This document shows positions 25,206 through 37,819 of a stretch of 64,000 nucleotides of DNA, piece by piece (within the stretch, counting starts at the first letter, position 1; each line of letters starts with the position of its first letter). Position numbers and translations under genes: made by a program. The stretch is from Octopus bimaculoides (lineage: Eukaryota): assembly GCF_001194135.2 (NCBI RefSeq), contig NC_069005.1, forward strand, positions 19,233,359 through 19,297,358, in the 5' to 3' direction. The notes beneath the pieces were generated by a model, which worked only from the letters and a program-made list of their open reading frames with translations, was not told the DNA's origin and did no database searches.

Positions 25206-27404
25206 CTATAATGAATAAAACTGAACTCTATTATATCAAGTAATTTATATTATGTATTGGACTGGCAGAACTGTTAGAGTGTCTGGAAAAAATGTGTTTT
25301 ACTTTATGTCCAGAGTTCAAATTGTGCCGTCAACTTGTACTTTTGTGCTTTGTAGAGCTGATGATATAAAATAGCAGTTAGAGTATTGGGATCAGTATAA
25401 TCACTAATTACTTTGTCCCAAGAATCTGTGACTTTTTGCCTGTTGGAAACTGGTGCAGGTAGAGTGTTCTTGTGAGCTGAGGAGTTAGAACTGGGCAAAA
25501 TGGGTTTGTGCCAGTTCTTGTAGAGAAGATGGCCCCAATGTGGTGGGTAAATGAGTTGAGTAGGCCTGTTGGAATGGGGAACTTGAAATTTGACAGCTTC
25601 TGGATGCAGAAACTACAGTGATGGTGGTAGTAATAGTAAAAGAGGAACTGACAGGATAGGTCTTCTCAGTCAGGCCTGACCTGGGGCTAAATAACAACAG
25701 CAACCATCCAGCAGATGTCATCAGCTTGCATTGTGTGTTCTTACTAATGCAGCTGCCTCTTTGTTGCACATCAGCTTCTGCCTTGAATGTGCAGCTTCTG
25801 TCTTTTGTGTAAATCTTTACAACACATCCAATGGAACATTCCTCTCCAGGCCTCCCTCTTACCTTACCCCCATACTCTTTCATGCACACACACACACACA
25901 CTTCTGGTCATGCATCACAACTGCAGTATTACATTTCTCAGCTATATTATTTCATATTGTCTTCATACAGATTTTTTTCCTTTTTTATTTTGAAGCCCCA
26001 TTTTAGCCTTGATTGAGCAGGACAGACCTCTGTTGGTCATTCCAACCGTTGCCTTCATGTCTTACTTTATTTCCAATTACATAAACAGTGGGATGTGATG
26101 TGAGGAAGATTTGGCTGCTATTTCTAGCAGGCAACTGCTGTTGCCCCCCCCCCAAAAAAAACAACCCCTCTCCTTTATCTTCTCTTGTTCTTCTCTCTCA
26201 CTATCCCTCTCTTGTGTTAACCCCCCCTCTTTCTCTTTTCACAACCTGTTTCATACACTTTCTCTCTATCCAACTCCCTCCTCTCCGTACTAATCCACAA
26301 ATATATCAAGGGGAAACTGGGACAGTTACCATCCTTCACTGATGTAACATCTGTTTTTTCATGGCCATCATCATCACCACAATCACTCTTTACATGCAGT
26401 CTGTTGCCATATTAACTGTGCAGCTGCACCTGCCTCGGTGCATGTCAGTGGAACCATGTGCACTCTTGTATTTCTACTTGTAGACTAGCCAGAGAGGAAA
26501 GATCATTGCTTGTGACCTTTAAAGGTCACACTGCTAAGCAGTGAGATTGATGTGGCCAACACCCAGCTGAACATGTGCAGTATAAACGCCTGTAGTCAGC
26601 AGATGGATGCACATACAAGAGGACCAAGAATGCTTCAAATGTGCACAGCAGGGACCTCTGCAAAAGACACCTAAAATGTGTACTGTGCTGTTAATCTGGG
26701 AGGCACATTAGACATACTATTCAAAACAGTGTGCCAACCACAAATCGTGGCATTTAACAAATGGGAACACATGTGCAGACATGACTGTGTGGTTAAGAAG
26801 CTCTCTTTACAACCACATGATTTTGGGTTCGATCCCATTGCACAGTACCTTGGGGAAGTGACTTCTACTATAGCTTCAAGCTGACCAATGCCTTGGTTGA
26901 TGGAAACTGTGTGGAAGCCATCGTGTGTGTGTGTGTGTGTATAGCTGTCTACCTCGCAATGTGCTTCTTTTTATTATTGTAGCTTTAGAACAATACCACT
27001 CTACCAGCTGAGTGGACTGGAGCAATATGAAATGAAGTGTTTTTCTCAGGAACACAACACACCACTGGTCCGGCAATCAAAACCACAATCTTGTGATCAG
27101 GAGCATAACACCCTAACCACTAAGCCACGCATATTTACATACACACACACGTGTGTGCGTCTTTGTCCCCATTTCTGTTTGACAACCAGTGTTTACATTG
27201 AGAAACAAGTCGCTGTGTGTATTGTGCTGCTCATAGTTCAGTTATAGACAACAGTAAGAACAAAACTTTAAAACAAATAAATGTACTAGGATCAAGATGA
27301 CTAAAAATCCTTCAAACCAGTAACTCCAGCATGGCTACTGTCTACTGACTGATGTGTAAAAGGAAATTCTAAGCAATAGACTTAGAATCAGTGGAGCATT
27401 GATC

Positions 27405-27850
27405 GAAATGATTTGCAGTATCGATTTGAGGCAGTGAACTGGTAGGATTCTTAGCATGCTGCACAAAATGTTTAGCAGCAGTCCATCCGTTTTAACATTC
27501 TGGGTTCAATCCTGTCATGATCAACTTTACTTTTCATCCTTCTGGGTTGATAAAAGTACCAGACAAGTTCTGGGGTTGATACAAACAACTGTCTCCTCTA
27601 AATTTCAGGTCTTTTGTATCTGTTAGAAACCTTTATTACCTTAGTTGTAAAGGCAGTGAGCTGGTAGAATTGTTAGCATGCCGGACAAAATGCTTAGCAG
27701 CATTCTGTCCATCTTTACATTCTGAGTTCAAATTTTGCCAAGGTCGACTTTGCCTTTCATCTTTTCAGGGTCATTAAAATAAGTATCAGCTGAGCACTGG
27801 GGTTATTGTAATCAACTTGCTCTCTCCCTGGTGCCAAAATTTGCAACCAA
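27405..27850 (+). mobile_element. Two tandem diverged SINE family B copies
   Basis: ggcagtga(a/g)ctggtag heads at ~27430 and ~27652, each with the Meta-like core. Confidence 0.75.
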
Positions 27851-28677
27851 TATTTGTTTACAGCCCTTTATATTGTGAGTTCAAATCTTAAGTGGGTCAA
27901 TTTTGATTTGCTTTCATCATTCCAAGCTTCTTCATCTTAACATTCACTTTTTCATGCTCTCATGGGTCAGATAAATTTGTTGATGCAGATTTTTTACAGC
28001 TAGATGCCCATCCTGTCACCAACCCTCACTTGTTTCCAAGCAAGGTAATATTTCCCCATGACTAAATGTGTTTATCACTGAAGGTTGGAAATGGACACCG
28101 CTTGCATGACAATGACACTCGTTTACATCTCATCCAATGTTAAAGCAAGAAGACACAATACAATATAGATACCAACCAAGACCTGAAAGGGAGTGGGTGT
28201 AGGTTTGTTTTGCTCCCTTAATTTTCTCTGCATCTGTGGAATTGTGTCTTAGAAATCAATATTATTGAGGGTGAATGAAATGATTGGGTGTTTGAATGGG
28301 TTGAATATCCTACATTCCAAGTGGATGCTGTCCTCTACACTTCTCATCTTTAATGTCTTGGCCAGATGGAGACTTGAAGTTGATGAAATTCCTCAGCATG
28401 AACTGTGGACTACAGTGTATTCACCCTCACTCACATATATTCATTCTCTCTCTCTCTCTCTTTCTCACACATTCTCTTGCATTCTGTCACTCTCACAATC
28501 TCCCTTCCTCTCTCTCAGGCACACTCATACAGTCAGGCATGCACACATACAAACACAAACACTCTTGCACACACATTGGTTTATTTATGTTAACCAGCTG
28601 TAGGTAGTTTGTCAGTAAATAAATTTCTCTTGTCTTCTGTAATATCATCACTGACAATGAGGACCAGCTGATTCTTT

Positions 28678-28737
28678 AGTAGTCAGCTAGTTTTCTGTTA
28701 TATATATATATATATAACAGAAAACTAGCTAACTACT
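28678..28737. repeat. Palindrome centred on (TA)n
   Basis: agctagttttctgtta-(TA)n-taacagaaaactagct perfect arms. Confidence 0.9.
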
Positions 28738-28761
28738 CAAATGTGTGTCCATGAATGTGCA

Positions 28762-28831
<70 letters not shown>

Positions 28832-29167
28832 ACATAACATGATCATGATAAACTATAAATATTTGGAGAAAAGTACCACTCTAGTACAAAATCTTGTGAC
28901 TGATCTTTAATTCATGCTAATTCCATAACTTACAAAGAAGGACCAACACTATCCTAGACGCGTGAAGCAAATCAAATAGAGCAGTCACAACATAAATACA
29001 TTTAACGTGAGTGGAGAATTACCCTTCAGTCACCAATTGAATCTCATTGCTATTTGGACACCTGAAGGTAGGGTCTACTTCTGATGGTGCCAAGCAGCAT
29101 TAAAGAAAAATGTAGTTTAACACTGTTAAAAATTTGTGCTAGGAATACAAATACATATATATATATA

Positions 29168-29470
29168 TCATCACTATCATCATCATTGTTTAACGTCTGC
29201 CTTTCATGCTGGCATGGGTTGGATGGTTTGACAGGAGCTGACCAGGCAGAAAACTGCACCAGACTTCTGTGTCTATTTTGACATGGTTTTTATGGCTGGA
29301 TGCCCATCCTAACTCCAACCACTCCATAGAATGGGCTGAGTGCTTTTTATGTGATATAAGCATGGTTTTTATAGCTGGATGCCCTTCCAAACACCAACCA
29401 CTTAAGTGTGGACTGGATGCTTTTTACTTGGCACCAGCACTGATAGGATCGCCAAGTAACTTGCAAGACA
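29168..29470 (-). mobile_element. RTE 3' tail/UTR
   Basis: Homologous to 41110-41268. Confidence 0.75.
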
Positions 29471-30039
29471 AAAATTTTTTGAGAGGGGAGGGCACATTGG
29501 CGGAGGTGATCTCATGTCAGATGATCAAAGTACAGAGGTCATAATATGTGGCAGGGCATTGCCAAAGAAACGTGAGTAGAGAGTGGTGGTGGGGAACTAC
29601 TGGATAGCAGTGATACAGTGAGCAGAGCTGTGAGGACGGGATGGGAATGTGAAAGATAAACATAGTGCATGAAAGAGGAAGAGAAGAGATGTAGTTTGGT
29701 TTGTTGGGGTAGTGTGTGTGAAAAGTTTTGTTATGTGTGGGTAGAACACACACTGCTTCTAGAACTGTTTCCCTGACATGTGCAGGTCTTCTCAAGAACT
29801 TCATATCACCAAACATCTCGGTTCATTGTCATTTCCTCTGTGAAGCCCAACATCCTGAGACCAGTCCTCACCACTTCATGTAAACCTGATGCCTAGTGGC
29901 CTTTTTGGCTACCTGATATAATTCTCTGCTTCCGCTATTTACCAGTCTTTCCAGGCCTCTCTTGCATTTATAGCACTGTCACTTTTGATCTGTAGCCCTC
30001 AGTAGCTTGTCCCGAACTTCCAATTGTCCAGTTCTATAT

Positions 30040-30288
30040 TTACGAGATGAGGAGTTATGTACATTATTTACACTTGACGGATATTTGTCCTCATCTTGTT
30101 TGTTGTTAACACGTTTCGGCTGATATACCCTCCAGCCTTCATCAGGTGTCTTGGGGAAATTTTGAACCTGGGTTCTCATTCCTAAGGTATTTTTCAATGT
30201 TATTATCATTATTCAGGTCACTGCCCGGAATCGAACTCGGAATCTTGGGGTTAGTAGCCCGCGCTCTTAACCACTACGCCATATGCCC
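30040..30288 (-). mobile_element. tRNA-headed short element carrying a hammerhead-ribozyme-like core
   Basis: A box TGGCGTAGTGG, B box GTTCGATTCC, then CTGATGA-a-ggctg(10-nt loop)cagcc-GAAAC. Confidence 0.75.
30108..30150 (-). ncRNA. Minimal type I hammerhead ribozyme core (Penelope-like variant, probably defective copy)
   Basis: gacac-CUGAUGA-A-stem II-GAAAC-gugtt; stem I gacac/gugtt pairs, but the stem III/cleavage triplet appears deleted. Confidence 0.5.
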
Positions 30289-31335
30289 ACGGGCATTTGG
30301 TGTAGTGGTTAAGAGAGCGGGTTTCACTGATATATATACTGTTAATATAGTTCCCATGGAGATTCAGTGTGACACAGAATATGACAAGGCTGCACATGAT
30401 GCAACTTATAAGACCAGCATGGAGCAAACTGATCATCAGACATTACAGCCCAAATTTGAGTGGTTTTATAGTCATGCATCAGTCATACTTAGACACACCC
30501 AAAAGCACAAATACGCATACATGGAGATACAGCATTAATGATAAAAGTCTAGCATGAGCCTGCCAAGTGTGAAAGTTCTGGGCTGACCATTTCAGCACTA
30601 ATTCACATGAAACTACTGTTAACATATTCAAATTCAACTCACTAACTGAAATTTCTTTACTTGAAAGATATCACTAAACTATTAGTATAATTCTTTGTTT
30701 TAAAAATTATAATACTAATTATAATCTTGTTGCATAAAAATTGGAGTCATGAAAGAGTTAAGTGTGTGTGTGTGTGGGGGGGGGATATCTATATTCTGAA
30801 CAATTTGTTTCTTTGGGGGCAACAAATTTAGAAAAGCAATAGGACATTTATGCCTTTTTGATGCAAACCCATTTAAGACTGCCTTTGCTTCTAAAGTATA
30901 AAAAACTGTTTGTTTTAAATTGTTTTCAGCTTACATTAAAAACCATTCATTATAAATTAATGTAAGAGTTTCTTCCTGTTTAATTGTATTGAAACTTATC
31001 AATGTTGTGAGCCATCTTGGATTAAGGGAGAAACATTACAATTAATAAAACAGATTTCTGTAGTGTGGTCAGATAATCCATAACTGAAGCTGGTGGCCAA
31101 AGAGGCTTAGGGATTAACATACTAAAGAAACATTGATGTTTGAGGATTGAATTTTCCATTAGAAGTTAGAACTCTATGGTGTAGTTTTGACAGGAAACCT
31201 GTATATCTACTGGGGTGAATGTGTGTGTGTATATATGTGTATATATATTTTCCGTATTCCCGAGCATCATACTAATACATCCTTTTGTTGTTTACACTAC
31301 CTGTCCTCGTCTGTTGTTTTTTTTCGTACATTCTC

Positions 31336-31402
<67 letters not shown>

Positions 31403-31627
31403 TAAAATTAGCTATCATTGTGAGTGATGGCTAGTTATATTCTACTATATAGGCCTTACAACCATGACCATCCTGTCACCTTTGTACTGGGAACCCAGGA
31501 CCTTTTTTAAGATGGTTAACTTTGAGTCAAAAGATTTGACTGCTGTTTCTAGGAGCTCTTGTGACAATGCATAGAGGTTTCTTAATTGGCCCTTTATCAA
31601 AAGGTGAAAGTGGTGAACATGGCCTGA

Positions 31628-31799
31628 ATGAATGGGTCTTCTTTTTGCCTGTACCTCTAGTCTATGGAGTTACAACTTGGAAAAGGCACCTTTGGCTTGG
31701 CCCCAAGGTAAGTTTTTATATTGGGGTGAAACCAAAGGTACCTTTTCCTAATTGTAACTCCATGGAGTAGAGGTACATGCAAAAAGAAGACCCATTCAT
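31628..31799. mobile_element. 172-nt foldback element (MITE-like)
   Basis: 68-nt arms with 62 Watson-Crick matches, plus inner stem ccccaa/ttgggg. Confidence 0.85.
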
Positions 31800-31916
31800 A
31801 AGTTTTCCTCTATATAAAATTTGTGCGTGCATCCCCATTTTCCTTAGGTAAGCAAAAAATTCAATTGCAACAAAAGACTAAAACCCATTGATTGCTCAAC
31901 AGCCTGCAAATATATT

Positions 31917-32190
31917 GTAACCTTTTGATATCAATTTACCTTACCCTAAACTGCTCCTGTTTTTATAGTACAAATTTGCTGTTTTAAAGTAATTTAAATT
32001 AAGACCTTCCATCAAATTTCATGTTGATTTACCAGTCACTCACCTAACTCTGTCCAAAACACTCTCATATATTTATCCTAAACATCAATACCTGTTTTCA
32101 AACTTCTGTTAATTTAGATCACTTTAAAGTAGGAAGGTTAGACCTTAGTACCTGAGCCATTTTCAGATGGATTGGCATCAAAAAGGTTAA
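31917..32190. mobile_element. piggyBac-like MITE
   Basis: taaccttttgatatcaat ... attggcatcaaaaaggttaa TIRs. Confidence 0.7.
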
Positions 32191-32714
32191 AATTTACATA
32201 AAATTTTGATGGACAGTAATTAAGATGGTTTATAAACTTTTTAAAGTCGTTCAACTTGGCAAAAAGCTTTATCGAAGCATACAGCATTTTGTTTTCTCGT
32301 TAATGACAAGGCAGAAAGACAAAAAACAAAAAACAACCTTGTACTAATATTTGGTAGGGTACTGGTATTTATGAATTTAAGCCCCAAATCAATCTTGATT
32401 GAGCAGATTTATGACTAAAAGTGTCCCCCATGGCCCTCTTATCTTTGTTCTTCTGACATCCAATGTACCCATTTTTTAACAGAAGGATATAGTTTGGGAA
32501 GATCGGGCTGTTATTTCTAGCTGGTAAAGTGACTGTATCAAGGTTTTCAATGACCCACTTTGTTGTGTATTTGTGGTTATTGGTGCTTCTTGCAGAAAGT
32601 AGTTTCTTCTATAGTGCTTGATATATTCAACCTCTATAGGTTAGCACGTTTCATTTTAATATATTTAAGTGTAAGGATTTGAAGTTTTGCTTCAAATCCA
32701 TTTTAATTTTAGTG

Positions 32715-33160
32715 TTATTTAAACCATCCATACCCAACCAAAATTATTCTACCTGTGTTAAGTTCAAACTGGCCAGATCTAGCCTCTCACACCTACCTTC
32801 CAATGTCATTCTAAAATTAAACAATCACATCTTCAAAATCTTGAAGCTGTGAGATAATGCATGATTAATTCAAAACTGAATAAACATTACAGTCAACAGA
32901 GTAACCTGAATGCTAAAGGATTAAATGTCATCTGGAAAGGGTTATGTTCCTCTATTTAGATGACATTTTCTGCATACTTTGCAGTGTAGTGCCTCAGGTT
33001 GTTGTTACTTGTGCACTTGGTTACTGAGGGTCATATTTCAGACACGACTAGATTGATACCAGACAGCCAACCAACCAAGACACTTAACCCTTTAGCATTC
33101 AGATGACTCAGTCAAACGTGATGCTTATTTATTCATTGTTTTGAATTGGTCATACATTAT
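32715..33160. mobile_element. piggyBac-like MITE copy plus an inverted partial copy
   Basis: 32715-32925 homologous to 8037-8233; 33084-33160 begins ttaaccctttagcattcag. Confidence 0.7.
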
Positions 33161-34607
33161 ATAACTTAAATTAAATGTAATCTTTTGCCAACAGCTTGGT
33201 CTGTCTATCTTGCTGTAAACAAGTATTTCCAGGTGAAATGAGTCACTACAATAAGAAATAGTAACACTATGAAACTGGAGTGTTTTTTAAGCTTGCAGGA
33301 CTGAGTTCTTATGTTTATGTTGGACTGGGCCATGATCGGAGACCACAATGTGCCCCCCCCCCCCGATACAGTGTTGTATTTTGAGGGAGCTTTTACATGG
33401 TTGCTCAGCTGGTTAGAATTGTCATCTTTCAAACTACAGCCTATTGTCTTAGGGGATCCATTGTGTAATGTGGTGCTGTGTTTCAGTGGGCTTTTGGTGA
33501 GTAAAAAAAATAGGATGCTCTGAGCTAGAATATTTTTAATCATCAACCTGCAATATAAAGGCTAGTTTGTGACCAAACGGAGGGAGTTCATTGAGTTCTC
33601 AATCATTTCTATTGTTTATTTCTTCTTGGTTCTCTCTATCTCATATATGTGTATATATATTGTGGCACCTTCTACTTTAGCCCTGAGTCAATGAAACCCT
33701 TGTGAATGGATCTGGTAGTTAGAAATTGAAAGAAGCCTGTTGTATGTATGTGTTTGCACATACATATCCTTGACACCTTGTGATGGTTGTAATTGAGCCA
33801 GTCTTCCATAAAAACATCTTTGGTCATAGGGAAATATTACCTTGTTTGGAAACATGGTTAGCAACAGGAAGGGCATCCAACTGTAAAAAATCTGCCTCAA
33901 ATTCCATCTGACCCATGCAAGCATGGAAAAGTATATATATCATGGTATGTGCTACCAAGTCATTTTCACTTGCAAATGATGACTGGATATGTATTTCTTT
34001 TTTTACACTTTCTTGTAGCAAAACTTTATCATGAAATATTTATTAATTTGATTTTTATGTCTATTTTACCATGCTAGCATGGGTTAGACACTTGTATTAT
34101 TGCAATTTTGTTTTACAGTCAGTCGTTTCTGTCACTGACCTTTACCTTCTAAGTAAAAGATCTTTCATTTTGCACATCTTCAAAAGTACAGAGCCAGATG
34201 CTTTTTTGACAGAGGAAATGATATTGTTTCCTCTTGTAACTTAGTTTCCATCTACCAAATTCTCTTACGTGGCATTCACCATGGGGTTGTAGTGAACTTC
34301 TCACCCATATAGCCATGCCTGCACTTATAACTTTTAAAATATTCATGTCCTTAAATATATCCTGGTTTCTGTACTTCCATATCTTTCCAACCTTTTAAAG
34401 GCAGACTCTCTCTTTCTCTCTCTCTCTCTCACATAATGTCTGAATTGTATGTCTATTGTTTCTGTCTGTATCTGCTGTCTTGTATGTATGTCTGTGTATT
34501 ATTAGTTCATTTTGAGTAAAATCATTGTGATGAGTTTAAGTAGAACACTGTTTATTTGTTATCGTAATATTAAACATTTGTCTGATAAGAATCTCTTGAC
34601 TTTTCAG

Positions 34608-34656
34608 TTGTAACAAAGTCTAGTTTTGTCATCACTGTTGTTTTAAAGAAAATCCG
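34608..34656 (+). CDS. Candidate small exon (VTKSSFVITVVLKKIR), phase 1 to 2
   Basis: ttttcag acceptor; only one frame open; weak gttgtt donor; phase-compatible with 36510. Confidence 0.2.
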
Positions 34657-36509
34657 GTTGTTTGTTACACTTTTCAACATCTTTAAATGGTTGTTTAATA
34701 GTTTTTTTTTGTTTGTTTGTTTTAGTTATACATTTAAAAAAAGTTTTTTTCTATATACTAATGTTTGCAGCTGTGGATATGTGGTTGAGAATTGTGCTTC
34801 CCAACCACATGGTTTCAGGTTCAGTCCTATTGCATGGCACCTTGGTCAAGTGTCTTCCATATCCCTGGGCTGACCAAAGTCATGTAAGTGCATTTGGTAG
34901 ACAGAAACTGAAAGAAGCCAGTGTGTGTGTGTGCATATCTGTATATGTTTGTGTCTCCTTGTCTTGACAACTTGTGGTTGTTGTAAATGTGTGTCGTTTC
35001 TTTCTAATATTCTATGAAAACATGCTTGGCTATGAAGAGCATCTGACTGTAGAACATTTGCTTTTGCAAATTCTGTCTGACCCATGCAAGCATAAAAAAA
35101 TGAAGGTTTAAACAATGATGATGATGATGATGAATGTCCTTACACGTGTTTGTCTCAAGTGTACCCGTTTCTGCTGTTGTGTCCCAGGTCAGTTCAAATC
35201 TGGCCATGGCCATTTCATATTTTCAAGGAATGTATCCAGGACTGCATTATTCAATGTGTCTTTCCTTTTTCAAAAGCTAGTAAGGTGTGGTGTCAGTGGA
35301 ATTTTGTTGCTATTTCTAGCTGTTCAAGAGAGCATACAGGAGCTCTGTCATTTGCTTTTCAATGTCTATATGTGTGTATAGATATGTATGCCAGCATATT
35401 ACATAAATATGCATAAATGTTAAATGGAGATAGTGCAGAAGCCAACCGTAACATGCATGTATGCATACATACACAGATGTATGTGGGTGTGTTGTCTTCA
35501 CACTACACTAAAAAAAAAGCCAGTGTTTGTTTTTTCAACAAATAAAGGCTGGTAAAATGAGTACTGAAGTCAATATGATTTATGAGTAAACCTTTGACAG
35601 CAGCGTCCCAGTATATCTGCAGTCCAGTGGCTGAAAACAGTTAACCCTTTTGTTATATTTTTCTTGAAATACACTGCGTTTATTTCAGTGAATGTTGTGA
35701 GACAGAATTTTGATAAATGGTTTTAATTTAGATCACTTTATAACAGGAAGTCTTCATATCATAGATCCATGGTGATCTTGAGCAGCTGAGTATGAAGATT
35801 AACCTTTTAAAATTTAAACCGGCTATATGTGACCCAAATATTCTACCCATTGACAGATGGACAGTTGGTCGGTAACTTACACATATTTTTCAAGTAAGGG
35901 ATCTGGGAATTTAATATTCCTCATGTCTTCAAAAGATGCAAGGCCAGTAGATGGTTTGACAAAGGAAATAGCAACACCACCTCCTTGTATCTCAATGATT
36001 TTTGTAGCAATACAAATGTAAAACACACACACAACCATCATGTTTCTTCCAGTTTGTCTATTAAATCCACTCGCAAAGCTTCGGTTAGCCTTGAGCTATA
36101 ATGAAAGATATTTGTTCCCATGGTGCTTTACAGTAGAATTGAACTCAAAGCCACATGGTTGGGAAGTAAATTTGTGAAGGTTCCCAGCCATGTTTGCAAT
36201 CTATGTTCTTAAGGCAAAAATACAGACTTCAATCAGAAGGCTGCAAAATCCTCCACTCCTATCATAACCATAATGACTGGTGATAGTACAATAATTATGG
36301 CTGAGTCTATGGTGGTAATGCTGATAATATGCATGACTACTTGGGAAGCATGTTGGAAATGTCTTTAATTGGTTCTGAAGCTTATCTAACTATTGGCCTT
36401 GACCACTTGACTGCTTCTTGTGATAATAGTGGTGATGGTGGTGATGATCTTTGCTTTCTGCAGCTCACACATCTTATCTAGTTTGTTAATTATTTTTCCT
36501 TATTTGTAG

Positions 36510-36647
36510 TGATGACATCGCTAAAAATTTAGATATTACAGATGAACTCTTGTGTTTGTGCTTTTCCCCCTCCACTAATCTTATGACTATAAAACCTAAA
36601 ACTTATAAGAAAACTGTCATTCACAGTCATGGCTATGCTTGTCTGTG
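36510..36647 (+). CDS. Candidate exon (DDIAKNLDITDELLCLCFSPSTNLMTIKPKTYKKTVIHSHGYACL), phase 2 to 2
   Basis: tatttttccttatttgtag acceptor; open non-repetitive frame; TG|gtgtgt donor. Confidence 0.4.
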
Positions 36648-36691
36648 GTGTGTGCAGTGGGCTTGTTATACTAGTCCGGATAAAAATTTTT

Positions 36692-37025
36692 TAGGTGGCT
36701 TGCTTCCCAACCATGTGGTCTTGGGTTCCATCTCACTGTACACTGCCTTGGGCTAGTGTCTTCTGCTATAGCTCTGGGTCAACCAAAGTCTTGTGAGTGG
36801 ATTCTGTAGACAGAAACTGAGAGAAGCCCATCATGTATTTGTTTGACAACTGGTGATGGTTCATTTGCATCCTCATAACTTAAGAGTTCAACAAAAGAAA
36901 CTGACAGAATACAGACCAGACATTAACCAAAAAAAAAAAATCAAGTACTGGGGTTGATTTGTTCATCTAAACCTTTCGAGGTTGTGCCCCAGCTGCAGTC
37001 CAATGACTGAAACAAGTAAAAGAAA
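36692..37025 (+). mobile_element. SINE family A
   Basis: Core and tail similar to other copies. Confidence 0.8.
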
Positions 37026-37819
37026 GGCAAAAATGGACACATCTTGGTATAATGATGGTGGTTTCACTTCCAGTTGGTGCAGTTCCTGCACAGGCATGTC
37101 TGTATGGTTAGAGAATTAGATTCATAACCATAAGGCTTTGAGTTCAGCATTAACATATGACACCTTTTGAAAGTGTTTTCTGTAGCTCTTCAATTCTTCA
37201 ATTCCTCTTCCCCCTACCTCTCTCCTCTCCTTCCACGTGACCAGTGTTCCACCAAGCCTGACCTTTCTTTCTTGGTTCAACTACCATCCATCTAGCATCT
37301 CTTATATTCCTTCCCATGACTTTCGTACTTAGTCGAAAAACACCTATTGTTGATATTTGTAATTGTATACCATTTCTCCGTTTTATTTTGTCCTTGTTTT
37401 CGTATACATTCGTTTGCTTTCTTCCAAAGAATCTTGTGCTCTTAGCTTAGACTTTCTTGGGGCCAGCCAGATTAGAGCAGTCTCCAGTGAAACTAGCCGA
37501 AACTGCAATGATGATCTGGTACTCAACTGAAGATAGAAAGCTCCAAATGACCCATCCTTGTCTTTTTCCTGTCCTTTTCTGTATCATCTGTCCAGATGTT
37601 CTGTTGTTTCCTGTTACATTCTTGTTCCATTTTTTGTTTTGTTTTATATATATATATAGGTAAGCAGTTAGCAGTTGGAATAACCATCTAAGGGATAATA
37701 GTATCCATTCTTACTACTGGTATTATTTATCTATGCTATCCCTGGGCATGGGTATGCAAGCACACTATGCTCATAGGGTACAGGTAATAACAGAATAAAC
37801 AAAAGTTTATCAGGAATCA

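Noticed and set aside
30217-30288. Possible tRNA gene
   Set aside because: A and B boxes are intact, but the acceptor, anticodon and T stems do not pair; it is a SINE-type head.
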